A stretch of 64,000 nucleotides of DNA from an uncultured Acidimicrobiia bacterium (GTDB lineage: Bacteria; Actinomycetota; Acidimicrobiia; Acidimicrobiales; Ilumatobacteraceae). The translations under genes and the position numbers were made by a program. The notes beneath the pieces were generated by a model that saw only the letters and a list, made by a program, of their open reading frames with translations, was not told where the DNA came from and made no database searches. The stretch is from NCBI GenBank assembly GCA_963841465.1, contig CAWJCQ010000006.1, positions 1,168,770-1,232,769 of the forward strand. Reading direction: 5' to 3'. Positions 39,524 to 49,607 of this stretch are shown in pieces (the stretch's first letter is position 1; each line of letters opens with the position of its first letter).

Positions 39524-39998
39524 CTGGAGCGGGCCGTCTCCACGCGCTCGCCGACGGGTGATCCGCCGACGACGACGACCATGTGAACGTGCCCCGGCGT
39601 GCCAGGGTCGACGCGGCCTGCTCGCCTCGGCCGAGCAGGCCCGCCATCAATCCGGCCCGAACGTGAGCACCGAATGCCGGACGGTGACTCTCTGAATCCG
39701 CCACTGAACGAATGGCATTGATGTCGCAAGTCCGAAGATCGCAACTCCTGCTCAGGGCTGAGCTGATGGAAGGCGGGGCGCGAAGAAGTCGCCGGCTAGC
39801 CAGACTTGAGAGAGTGACCTCCACCGCCGAGCAGGATCTTCGTCATGTGATACTTCTCGCACAGCCCTGGTTGATGACACGCCGGCGCGTTCAAGACCCG
39901 GTTCGCCGAGACGGTCTGACAGTGACAACGTTCGACGAAGCGGAGCCGGTGGCCGCGAGCGAGCGCGCCTTCTCGATCGGCTCAACGTTGACGCCCAA

Positions 39999-40712
39999 GT
40001 GATGGTCGCCAATCTGACGATCATCGTCGATGCCGTCGCCGACTGCCTCCAGGTTGCGAGGCTGCGCGACAACGCAGTGAACGGGCCGGGACTGTCGTTC
40101 GCTGTACGTCCCGGCATGGAGGTGGCCGGCCAAGTTGCGTGGTTGCTCGATGATCGCATCGATGGCGCGGAGCGCGGGCGCCGGTATCTGGCCTGGCGTT
40201 TCAGCGACCTGAGGCAACAGCGTCTCTTGCTGGCCGATTTCCGCCCGGACGCAGCAGTTGCCGCAGCGCAGACGGAGGTCGAAGCGGCCGAGCAGAGCCT
40301 GCTGGGTGATGTCACGCGAGCGCGTTGGCAAGCCAGGCCGACAGCGATCTCTCCCAACGGACACATTATGGCAGCGGTCCTCCTTGACCCGCCCCAAAGC
40401 CCTAAGGCGGTACCGAAGATCAACGAGCTTGTTCGGCTTGTGTCCAGTACGCCCAGTACCTACAGCCTGCTCAGCGTGCCCGCTCACGGCGTCCGGTTCG
40501 GCGCTTATCACGGCCTCGAAACCGAGGATGATCCCTTGGCGGGTGTGCCTCGCTCACGTGTTCGGGGCTCCGCGATCGACATCAACTTGTTCATCGAGCT
40601 AGCCGTTCTCGCCCACAATAGGTCAGTGCGCTTGCTTGCCGGGTGGAACGGGCTGGACGCAGCTCGCTTCCATCGGGACTGCCGCAGCGTGACGCCCCGA
40701 GCCGGAATCTGA
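39999..40712 (+). CDS. hypothetical protein (237 aa), no recognised family
   Basis: Long ORF in a locally lower-GC patch. Antisense ORFs overlap it. No motif recognised. Confidence 0.35.
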   Translation: MMVANLTIIVDAVADCLQVARLRDNAVNGPGLSFAVRPGMEVAGQVAWLLDDRIDGAERGRRYLAWRFSDLRQQRLLLADFRPDAAVAAAQTEVEAAEQSLLGDVTRARWQARPTAISPNGHIMAAVLLDPPQSPKAVPKINELVRLVSSTPSTYSLLSVPAHGVRFGAYHGLETEDDPLAGVPRSRVRGSAIDINLFIELAVLAHNRSVRLLAGWNGLDAARFHRDCRSVTPRAGI

Positions 40713-40842
40713 GCCGAACAGCTCCGATCTGATCGGCTAATGGCAACGAAGTTCTGGTTTGCGTCTGACTTCGACGCGGAGGATCCACCGCGAAATGAAC
40801 CAGGGCTGGGAGTCTCCTCGGACGTTCTGAGAGGAGCAGTTC

Positions 40843-41619
40843 ATGTCCGAGGTCAACGCTCGCAGACGGCCGAAGGAGTTGTCGGCCGAGACGAAGTGGG
40901 AGATCTTCTTGCAGGTCACTGCTGGCGAGATCACCCAGGCCGACGCGGCCCGCAGGTGGCAGGTCGATGTCTCCACGGTGATCGGCGTTCGCCGTACCGT
41001 GAAGGACGCCGCCCTCGCCGCGTTGGCGCGGGTGCCGGGCAGGCCGGCCAAGGAGCGGGACTGGCAGCTGGAGGCGGCCCGGGCCGAGATCGGCCAGTTG
41101 ACCGAGGCGATCAAGGCGCAGGCGATCGAGCTGGCGGTCGTGCGGGGAAAGCGGCTGGGGCTGATCGGTCCGCTCCCGGCGCGGGTCCCCGCCTTGGTGA
41201 AGGAGCTGGTCCTCAAGACGGTGGATGAGGCCGTCGCCGACGGGTTCTGCCACACGTGGGCGTGTTCGCTGTGGCGGGTGTCCGACGACCGGGTGCACCG
41301 GTGGCGGGCCCAGCTCCGCGACGCCGGCACGTTGATTGATCGTGCGCCGGGCGGGAACCCGGTGCACGGGATCCTGCCCGCCGAGATCGCCGCCATCTTG
41401 GCGATCGCCGAGCAGTGGGGACCGGTCGATCGGTCCCACCGCAAGCTCGCCCATCGCGGCTCCTACGAGCACCTGGTGTGGGTGGCACCATCCACGTTCC
41501 GCCGGGTTCTGGCTGCTCACGGCCTCGTGCTGCCCGAGCTGTCGACCCGTTCGCTGTCGGTGAAGAAGCCATGGCCGGACTGGCTGGTGTGGGCACCGAA
41601 CCGGATCTGGATCTGGGAC
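40843..41619 (+). pseudogene. IS3-like transposase, 5' portion (HTH/zipper and start of the rve domain)
   Basis: MSEVNARRRPKELSAETKWEIFLQV...PNRIWIWD, followed by unrelated sequence. Joining at D-41619 to 45220 gives IWIWD-THFTNARRAVFAIVDMVSRRW. Confidence 0.75.
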
Positions 41620-42198
41620 GCGGAGCGCCACGAGGCGCTCTTGGACCGTGCGGTGATGGAAGGCACCGCCGTCGGCTTGTCGCAGCAGGCCGGTCGAAGC
41701 TGAGGGCAGCCTGATCCGGGGGACGCCGGGGAGGGTGGCAAGCAGCCCTGACAACGCCGGGACGTGCCAGCACCGTCAGATGGTGCGGGTCCGGCAAGCG
41801 AGACGGGACGGTGTAACGACGGTGAACCAGCGTGAGAACGCCTCTCAAGAAGCATCCACCAGCTCGAACCTGACGGATCGGGGCTGGGTTGCGGCGCGCA
41901 CCCATCCGGCACTTGCTGGGTGGGGAACTCCTTGGCCGGTCAGTGTCGCCGGTCGGGAGGCCACACCGAATGCCTGCGGCGTAGGTGTGGCGATGCCGCA
42001 GGGGCATAGCTGGGCACCACCCCCGTCGAACGGTCCAAGAGTGAACGTGGGAACCACCCCGATGGTCCCTTCCCGGCGCCGGCTGATGCTGTCGGGGTGG
42101 GGCGGAGGACCCGTGGTAGTCCGAGCACGGGAAAGCCGCGCACATGGCGAAGGGGTCCAGCGGATCAGCAGCATCCACGCTGAACGAAGAGGTCGCCG

Positions 42199-43425
42199 GT
42201 GAACATCGGCGCGCCGTGGCCGAGCCTGATCGAGGCGGAGCTGCGGGTACTCGCGATGCAGACGAAGCTGCACCAATGGGCGACCAGTGATCCTGGCCGC
42301 CAGTTCGATGACTTGTTCAACCTCGTCTATGACCCGGCGTTCCTCGTCGTGGCGTGGAGTCGGGTGCGGGGCAACAAGGGAGCACGGACCGCCGGGATCG
42401 ATGGGGTGACACCTCGCTCCATCGTGTTCGGCGCCGGGGAGTTCCTCGACGGGCTGCGAGATGACCTCAAGGCCCGCCGGTTCCACCCGGTCCCGGTCCG
42501 CCAGAAGACGATCCCCAAAGCCGGCGGCAAGGTCCGCAAGCTGGGCATCCCGACTGTCGCGGATCGGGTCGTGCAAGCCGCGTTGAAGCTGGTGCTCGAA
42601 CCGATCTTCGAGGCGGACTTCAAGCCATGCTCGTATGGCTTCCGCCCGAAGCGTCGAGCCCAGGACGCGATCGCTGAGATCCACTTCCTCGGCACACCCA
42701 TTCGGAACTACGAGTGGGTGTTCGAGGCCGACATCAAAGCGTGCTTCGACGAGATCGACCACCCCGCCCTCATGGGCAGGGTGCGACGTCGGATCGGAGA
42801 CAAACGGGTCCTCGGCTTGGTGAAGGCGTTCCTGTCCGCTGGCATCCTCACCGAGGACGCCACCGCCAGGGCGACGATCACCGGCACCCCGCAAGGCGGG
42901 ATCCTCTCACCGTTGTTGGCCAACATCGCCCTGTCCGTGCTGGACGAACACTTCACCGCCAAATGGGAAGCGCTCGGACCGGCATGGACACGCGCCAAGC
43001 GTTGCCGCGCCGGGGAACCGGCCATGCGCCTCGTCCGCTACGCGGACGATTTCGTGGTCATGATCCACGGCACCCGCGACGACGCCGAAGCTCTGTGGGT
43101 CGAGGTCGCAACGGTGCTCGCCCCGATGGGCCTGCGCCTGTCGGAAGAGAAGACGAGGGTCTGCCACATCGATGAGGGGTTCGACTTCTTGGGGTGGCGC
43201 ATCCAGCGTCGCCGCTGGCGAGGCCGAACCGGGAAACGAGCGGTCTACACCTACCCGTCGAAGAAGAGCTTGCTCTCGGTGACGTCCAAAGTCCGATCGC
43301 TCACCGCCCGCCACAAGCATCGAACGCTCGCCGATCTGCTGCGCCGATTGAACCCGGTGCTGCGGGGATGGTGCAACTACTTCCGTCACGGCGTGTCGAG
43401 GTTGTCCCGGAGCCTGTTGAAGTGA
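42199..43425 (+). pseudogene. group II intron reverse transcriptase/maturase, N-terminal 405 aa (cut by IS256)
   Basis: RT domains 0-7 with RYADDFVVMIHG (YADD) and the start of the X/maturase domain LRGWCNYFRHGVS. The ORF then runs into the IS256 end. Confidence 0.85.
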
Positions 43426-44836
43426 GGTGGTGATCCCTCCCCGGGCCGTGCCGTGATGGCAGGGTTCGGGGGTCCATCCAAGACATCCGAAAGGAGAGGG
43501 ATCACCGTGTCCAAGAAGGTACCCGTCGTGAAGATCACGACACCGGAGGCTGCCATCGCGCTGGAGGGTCTGCCCGTGCAGGCGACGGTGGCGATGGCCG
43601 ACGTTGCCGGCGCGTTGCGCGAGGGCCTGCTGGCGTTCGCGACGTCGGCAGGACTGGTGGTGATGCAGCAGATGCTCACCGAGGAGTTGACCGCGATCGT
43701 CGGCCCGAAGCACGCCAAGCTCGGCGCGGAGCGGGTCGGCAACTGGCACGGCACGACCACCGGTCAGGTCGTGCTCGGCTCGCAGAAGGTCAGTGTGCAG
43801 CGGCCGCGGGGCCGCTACGTCGACGGCGGCGAAGTGGAGCTGGGGACGTGGGAGTGCTTCGCCTCCGACGACGTGTTGCGTCAGGTGGTGGTGGAGCGGA
43901 TGCTCGCCGGGGTAGCGACTCGCCGCCACGTCGACGTCACCGAGCCCGTCGGCGTGGAGGGCACGGCGACGTCGAAGTCGGCGGTGTCGCGACGGTTCAA
44001 GGCCGCCACTGAGACGGCGATGGGCGAGCTGCTGGCCCGCGACCTGTCCGAGCTGGAGACCGCGGTGCTGATGATCGACGGGCTCTGTGTCGCCGACCAG
44101 ATGATCGTCGTCGCCCTGGTCATCTGCGCCGACGGGACCAAGGTGCCGGTCGGGCTGAAGCTCGGCGACACCGAGAACGCGGTCGTCGTCAAGGACCTGT
44201 TGGCTGATCTGGTCGCCCGCGGGCTGCGCTACAGCCACGGCATCGTCGCCGTGCTGGACGGCTCCAAGGCGCTGCGCAAGGCGGTCACCAAGGTGTTCGG
44301 CGAACGCGCCCTGGTGCAACGTTGCACGCTGCACAAGAGACGCAACGTGACCGGCTACCTGCCCGTCGGCGAGCGCGACGCGATCGACCAGCGTCTCGCC
44401 CGAGCGTTCGCCGACCCCGACCCAGACAAGGGCCTGCGCGCCTGCCAGGCACTCGCCCGCCAGCTCGAGGGCCGCCACCCCGACGCCGCCGCCTCGCTGC
44501 GCGAGGGCCTCGAGGAGATGTTCACCGTCGCCCGCCTCGGCGTCAGCGGCCGGCTCCGACGGTCACTGACCAACACCAACTGCATCGAGTCGATGTTCTC
44601 CATCGCCCGCACCACCACCGGCCGGGTCAAGCACTGGCGGGACGGCACGATGAAGAAGCGGTGGATCGTTGCCGGCATGCTCGAAGCCGAGCGCTCGTTC
44701 CGTCGCATCAAGGGCTGCGCCGACATGCCCGCCTTCGTCGCCGCCGTCGCCCGGGCCACCAACCCGGAAGCTGTCACACCCACCGACTACTCTGAAGTGG
44801 CCTGAGCAAGTTCGGGATCACCACCGAACTTCAACA
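43415..44836 (+). mobile_element. IS256-family insertion sequence (about 1.42 kb)
   Basis: Inverted repeats TGTTGAAGTGAGGTGGTGATCC (43415-43436) and GGATCACCACCGAACTTCAACA (44815-44836). No clear 8-bp target duplication. Confidence 0.75.
43507..44805 (+). CDS. IS256-family (mutator-type) transposase
   Basis: GTG 43507 follows GAAAGGAGAGGG. ...LMIDGLCVADQMIVVALVICADGTK...NTNCIESMFSIAR...HWRDG are typical IS256 DDE region motifs. Confidence 0.85.
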   Translation: MSKKVPVVKITTPEAAIALEGLPVQATVAMADVAGALREGLLAFATSAGLVVMQQMLTEELTAIVGPKHAKLGAERVGNWHGTTTGQVVLGSQKVSVQRPRGRYVDGGEVELGTWECFASDDVLRQVVVERMLAGVATRRHVDVTEPVGVEGTATSKSAVSRRFKAATETAMGELLARDLSELETAVLMIDGLCVADQMIVVALVICADGTKVPVGLKLGDTENAVVVKDLLADLVARGLRYSHGIVAVLDGSKALRKAVTKVFGERALVQRCTLHKRRNVTGYLPVGERDAIDQRLARAFADPDPDKGLRACQALARQLEGRHPDAAASLREGLEEMFTVARLGVSGRLRRSLTNTNCIESMFSIARTTTGRVKHWRDGTMKKRWIVAGMLEAERSFRRIKGCADMPAFVAAVARATNPEAVTPTDYSEVA

Positions 44837-45113
44837 CGAAGCGGGACATCCTCCGGAGGAGCCGGCGCGGACATTCAGTTACGTCGATCACTTCGCCTTC
44901 TGGCGGATCTTCGGCTGGCTCCGCAAACGACACGCCGGGCTGAACAAACGGGAACTTGTCCGCCGCCACCTCCCACGCTGGGAGATCCGCGACGGCCACA
45001 TCGAGCTGTTCCGGCCGCAACAGGTCGCCATCGAGCGATACCGCTACCGGGGCACCCGTATCCCGACACCATGGACGAGCCTGACGTCAGGATCACCCGC
45101 ACCAGCGGCATGA
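44835..45113 (+). pseudogene. group II intron maturase C-terminal segment
   Basis: My own translation: ...RTFSYVDHFAFWRIFGWLRKRHAGLNKRELVRRHLPRWEIRDGHIELFRPQQVAIERYRYRGTRIPTPW. No HNH endonuclease domain is evident. Confidence 0.7.
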
Positions 45114-45219
45114 ACCGTGGAGAGCCGGATGCGGTGAAAGTCGCTCGTCCGGTTCGGAGGGCGGGCCGGAGAAACCCACCTGGTGAAAGCCGGGCAGGGC
45201 GCTCCGGCCCGACCCCTAC

Positions 45220-45857
45220 ACCCACTTCACCAACGCGCGCCGCGCAGTGTTCGCCATCGTCGACATGGTCAGTCGCCGCTGGATCGACACACTCGTCAGC
45301 ATCGAGGAGACCGCCACCCAGGTGGCGGTGATCTTCGAGCACGCCCTCGAGGTCGAAGGTCTGCTCGAGCTGCTGACCGATGACCGTCTCGAGCTCGATC
45401 CCGACGATCCCCGCCGGCCGATCCTGCTGGCAGTGTCCGACAACGGCCCCCCGATGACCGCCCACGACACGCGAGCGTTCATGACCCTGCTCGCCATCGC
45501 CCAGCACCACGGCCGGCCCCACACCCCGACCGACCAGGCGTGGATCGAGAGCTTCTTCGGCCACATCAAGGGCGAGTGGCCCCATCTCGAAGACATCGAC
45601 GACCCCGCCGTGCTCGACGCCGAGCTCGCCCGAATGTCGGACCGAGTACAACTCGGTCAGGCTTCACGAGTCGATCGGCTACGTCACGCCCGACGACGAG
45701 CACTACAGACGGGCAGCAGCGATCCGCGAGGCCCGCCAGCAAGGCCTCCAACGAGCCCGCCAACAACGGCTCCACCACCACCGCCGGACCAACACCAACG
45801 ACCCCGAGGACACCCATGAGTTAGTTCATTTCCAACCCGATCTCCGCGGCAAAGTCA
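45220..45857 (+). pseudogene. IS3-like transposase, 3' portion (rve domain), with an extra frameshift near 45635
   Basis: THFTNARRAVFAIVDMVSRRWIDT...LLAVSDNGPPMTAH...HGRPHTPTDQAWIESFFGHIKGEW. Then YNSVRLHESIGYVTPDDEH appears in another frame. Confidence 0.75.
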
Positions 45858-47546
45858 GACCCGGATATTGCAGGCCGGGTTGTCTGATCGACCGGATTGA
45901 CGCGGCAAGTGCTCCGCCGCCTGGGACGATGTGGATTGCTACATCAAGACCGACCCAGGCAGAGGAGCACCTGACAGGTGAAGGCTAGTGCGACATTGTT
46001 CGATGCCGGGGAGATCATCGCTCGGCCTCGTCGGGAGGTGGCTGCGGTGAAGGCCACGGTCACCGATGACGACGTGACTGGCGTGGCTGGTGCTGTGTTG
46101 TGGGGTCCGCTGCTGGACCGGCTGAACCTGGTCGATGTGGCCGATGCTCGTGGGCTGCGGCCGATCGGGCCGGGCGGCTACAGCGGTGGGGAGTGCTACC
46201 GGACCCTGGTCGAGGTGTTGTTGGCCGGCGGCGAGTTCCTCTCCGACCGGTCGTTGCTGACCGGGGCGACCGAGCAGTTGCGGGGCCAGCACGCCCTTCC
46301 GTCGCACTCCACGCTGTTCCGGTTCTGTGCCGGCGCCGATCTCGGGCGGGCGCAGAAGGCGGCGGCGGTGAATCGCACGATGCTGGCTCGGGCCTGGGCG
46401 ATGGGTGCCGGGCCCGACGGCGGGGTGATCACGATCGACCCGGACGCCACGTTGGTTGACACCTACGGGCCGGGCAAGGAGGGCTCAACGTTCACCTATC
46501 GCGGTGAGGTCGGGCTGTCACCGTTGATCGGGGTGTGCGGCGAGACCGGTGACGTGTTGGCGTTGCACGCTCGCGGTGGCAGCGCCCACCCCGGGCGGGC
46601 GCTGGCCGGGTTCGTGCGTGAGTGCGCCGCAGCGATCCCCGCAGCGGTCCGTGCTGGCAAGAACCTGTGGGTGCGGATCGATTCGGCCGGCTACCAGCAC
46701 GACGTGTTCGCCGCCTGCGAGTCGCTCGGTGCGGTGTTCACGATCACCGCGCCGAACAGGACCAATGTGCGAGATGCGGTGCTCGCGCTGGCCGCCGACT
46801 CGGCCACCGTGTGGACCCCGGCGCTGGGCGCCGAGGCCGAACGAGGGTCCGAGATCGCCGAAACGACGATCGAGGTCGGCTGGCCCCGTCGCCATCAACA
46901 ACCGCGCCGGTTGCGGCTGATCGTGCGTCGTCAGCGCACCAGCGCCGGCGAGCAGCTGTCGTTCGACGACCTCGACGGGTGGCGGTTCCACGCCATCGTC
47001 ACCAACCTGCCGGCGCTGTTCGCCCCCGCCGCTGACGTCGAAGCCCACCACCGGCTACGCGGTGGGATCCCCGAAGACACCATCCGCCAACTCAAAGAGG
47101 ACTTCGGGCTGATCCACGCCCCGGTCCAGAACTTCTTCGGGAACTGGCTGTGGTGGCACGCCTGCGCCCTCGCCCACAACGTCGCCCGCTGGATCCGCGA
47201 CCGGGCACTGCCCCGCGAGTTCCGCCGCTGCCGGGGCAAACGTCTGCGGCTCGCCTTCTTCAACGTCGCCGCCCGCGTCGTCACCCACGCCCGCCAACTT
47301 TGGCTGCGCATCCCCCGCTCCCACACCTGGGCCGACGCCTTCATCGAAGCCCTCACCCGGATCCGAGCACTCCCAGCGTTTGCCTGACCGGCCAGGCACT
47401 CACACCACCCCAGCCCGGACAACCGCAGCGCACACGGTCCCTGGGCCGGCGCGCCCATCAATGACTCGAACATCGTCCCAGCCCTCCGGCCGTCACGATC
47501 GCGACCGCTCATCCCTCCGCCTGGCCGGCCTGCAATATCCGGGTCA
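45858..47546 (+). mobile_element. IS1380-family insertion sequence
   Basis: Inverted repeats CCGGATATTGCAGGCCGG (45861-45878) and CCGGCCTGCAATATCCGG (47525-47542). GTCAGAC lies immediately outside both ends. Confidence 0.7.
45978..47387 (+). CDS. IS1380-family transposase
   Basis: 469 aa, uninterrupted. N-terminal ...VTGVAGAVLWGPLLDRLNLV... and overall layout as I recall for IS1380 DDE transposases. Family call is from memory only. Confidence 0.65.
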   Translation: MKASATLFDAGEIIARPRREVAAVKATVTDDDVTGVAGAVLWGPLLDRLNLVDVADARGLRPIGPGGYSGGECYRTLVEVLLAGGEFLSDRSLLTGATEQLRGQHALPSHSTLFRFCAGADLGRAQKAAAVNRTMLARAWAMGAGPDGGVITIDPDATLVDTYGPGKEGSTFTYRGEVGLSPLIGVCGETGDVLALHARGGSAHPGRALAGFVRECAAAIPAAVRAGKNLWVRIDSAGYQHDVFAACESLGAVFTITAPNRTNVRDAVLALAADSATVWTPALGAEAERGSEIAETTIEVGWPRRHQQPRRLRLIVRRQRTSAGEQLSFDDLDGWRFHAIVTNLPALFAPAADVEAHHRLRGGIPEDTIRQLKEDFGLIHAPVQNFFGNWLWWHACALAHNVARWIRDRALPREFRRCRGKRLRLAFFNVAARVVTHARQLWLRIPRSHTWADAFIEALTRIRALPAFA

Positions 47547-48200
47547 GACACGCCTCAGTTTGCCCACCGAGGCGTAATCATCGTCGCGCCTCAGCACACC
47601 GCGCACCTCGGCGGCCAGCTGCAGGTAGTCGCGATCCAGGGCGCGCAACAGCTTGCGGATGGCCGAACGCAGCTGCGTCACCGTGTCCTGCGTGGACACT
47701 GCGTCATAGATCGGCGTCGAGTCCAACACCCGCACCCGGTTGCCCATCACCCCCGCCTCGCGTGCGGCAACCTTGGTGTCCTCCAAGAACCGCTTGTCCC
47801 TCCCAACGGTGCGCAAGCGATTGCGCTGACCCACCAGCGTCGTCGGATGGAACGCCACATAGCCGGCATCCACCCCAGCCGCCGCCTGCCATCGCAGATC
47901 GCACTCCAGACGGTCGACCGCCTCCTGATCCGACAAGCCCTCATAGGCCTGGAGCACCATCGTCGTGGCCAGCACCCACGCTGGGATCGTCGGCCGGCCC
48001 CGCCGCGAGACCTTGTAGCAGTCGGCGAAGTAGTCACCCGGGAAGATCCGCTCGCCGTGATCAGCCAACAACCGGTACACACCCCTGAGCCGCTCGCCCA
48101 ACAACTCGCGAGGGTTGTCGAACCGCTGCAACACCGACACCATGCCCAACGCCACGACCCAAGTCTGTTTTCGCGAGACTCCCCAGTGGTGGATGGTCAC
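47544..48200 (-). pseudogene. IS5/IS1182-family transposase, N-terminal fragment
   Basis: 218 aa. YKVSRRGRPTIPAWVLATTMVLQAYEGLSDQEAVDRLECDLRWQAAAG is the InsH-type N-terminal domain. The DDE part is missing; truncated next to the IS1380 end. Confidence 0.65.
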
Positions 48201-48291
48201 CCGACTACTTCAGGGCTCACCTAGACACTCAACCCAAGAGCCCGGTGGGGAATAACGCCGACGCCGGGCTAGGGAATAGCGGCGGCGTTGA

Positions 48292-48795
48292 CACGTGTGG
48301 CAGAACCCGTCGGCGACGGCCTCATCCACCGTCTTGAGGACCAGCTCCTTCACCAAGGCGGGGACCCGCGCCGGGAGCGGACCGATCAGCCCCAGCCGCT
48401 TTCCCCGCACGACCGCCAGCTCGATCGCCTGCGCCTTGATCGCCTCGGTCAACTGGCCGATCTCGGCCCGGGCCGCCTCCAGCTGCCAGTCCCGCTCCTT
48501 GGCCGGCCTGCCCGGCACCCGCGCCAACGCGGCGAGGGCGGCGTCCTTCACGGTACGGCGAACGCCGATCACCGTGGAGACATCGACCTGCCACTTGCGG
48601 GCCGCGTCGGCCTGGGTGATCTCGCCAGCAGTGACCTGCAAGAAGATCTCCCACTTCGTCTCGGCCGACAACTTCTTCGGCCGTCTGCGAGCGTTGACCT
48701 CGGACATGAACTGCTCCTCTCAGAACGTCCGAGGAGACTCCCAGCCTTGGTTCATTTCGCGGTGGATCCTCCGCGTCGAAGTCAGACGCAAACCA
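48292..48795 (-). mobile_element. IS3-like element, copy B (inverted, 5' 500 bp only)
   Basis: Encodes MSEVNARRRPKKLSAETKW...VADGFCHT, near-identical to copy A, then diverges at 48292. End sequence ...GTCAGACGCAAACCA at 48781-48795. Confidence 0.8.
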
Positions 48796-49453
48796 GGCGG
48801 CGAACAGGTCGCAGGTGCCGTTGCGTTGGCAGTCGTGGGTCGCCCGGGCCGGGGTGGTGGGCAGCATCGGCAGGGTCGGTGCGGTCCGGTTGAGGGCCTG
48901 GATCTGGGGTTTCTCGTCAACCGCGAACACCGCCACGGCCACCGGCGGGTTCATGTACAGGGCGACGAGATCGCGGATCTTCTCCACCAGCTCGGGGTCC
49001 GGCGACACCTTGAACTCGTCTTGGCGCCACGGTTTGAGCCCGAACGCCCGCCAGATCGCGCCGACGGTGGTGTGCGAGATCCCATGCTTGGCCGCCAAGC
49101 CCCGAGTCGACCAGTGCGTCGCATCCGGCGGTGCCGTCTCGAGGGTCTCGACAATGATCGCTTCGATCACGTCATCGCCGATCGTGCCGCGCCGCGCCGG
49201 GGCGGGGGGCATCCACCAATCCGTCGATCCGCTCCTTGGCGAACCGGTGCCGCCACTTCGACACCGTCGTGGGATGGACCCGCAACTCCGAAGCGACCTC
49301 ACCGTTGGGGCGACCCTCGGCGTAGGCCAACACGATCCGGCACCGCAACGCCAGTGCTTGGGACGAGCTGTGTCGCTGCGCCCAGCGCTGCAAGGTCTTG
49401 CGTTCATCGCCGCTCAACGTGATCTCGACCGTGGGTCGTCCACGACGTGCCAT
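48796..49453 (-). pseudogene. IS630-family transposase, truncated by IS3-like copy B and split over two frames
   Basis: [28 protein letters not shown]...TVSKWRHRF (HTH) in ORF 49172..49453. ...WSTRGLAAKHGISHTTV...FAVDEKPQIQAL...NGTCDLFAA in ORF 48322..49407, ending at the IS3 terminus. Confidence 0.7.
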
Positions 49454-49607
49454 GCCAGGCTCCTTCTGTCAGGGGTTCTACCTGGCAGAACGCGCCACAG
49501 ACGCGAAAACTCCCGATCACCCAACATTTTTCGCCGGAACAGCCTTCCAGGACATAGAAGGACGCTGCACGTGCCGAGGCACGAAGTACCGCGAGGGAGG
49601 CGTCGCC

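Larger units (their letters stand above)
41620..45219 (+). mobile_element. bacterial group II intron (interrupted by IS256); 5' boundary ambiguous (GUGCG at 41648 or 41783)
   Basis: Contains the RT/maturase ORF. A 34-nt domain V, GAGCCGGATGCGGTGAAAGTCGCTCGTCCGGTTC, lies at 45122-45155, followed by a domain-VI-like stem and a ...CCCCTAC 3' end at 45219. Confidence 0.8.
40755..45857 (+). mobile_element. IS3-like element, copy A, split by a 3.6-kb insertion (group II intron that itself carries IS256)
   Basis: Left end TGGTTTGCGTCTGACTTCGACGCGGAGGATCC (also present, inverted, at 48764-48795). Right subterminal GTTCATTTCC...TCCGCGGCAAAGTCA mirrors it. The transposase reading frame is restored exactly when 41620-45219 is removed. 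Confidence 0.7.

Noticed and set aside
39615-39641. 10-bp stem hairpin GGCCTGCTCG-N7-CGAGCAGGCC upstream of the TauD gene
   Set aside because: It is an isolated GC-rich hairpin with no T-tract and no adjacent gene end. Such stems are common by chance in this composition.
38572-39735. ATGGCAT(CAT)TGATGTCG words on both sides of the TauD gene, as possible element ends
   Set aside because: Only about 15 matching bases with a gap, no further flank similarity, and no associated recombinase boundary. This is compatible with chance.
47547-47566. Extension of the IS3-like copy A right end beyond IS1380 to ...CAGTTTGCCCA (TG...CA rule)
   Set aside because: The terminal 17 nt do not mirror the well-defined left terminus TGGTTTGCGTC that both copies share. 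The expected GCAAACCA is simply missing.
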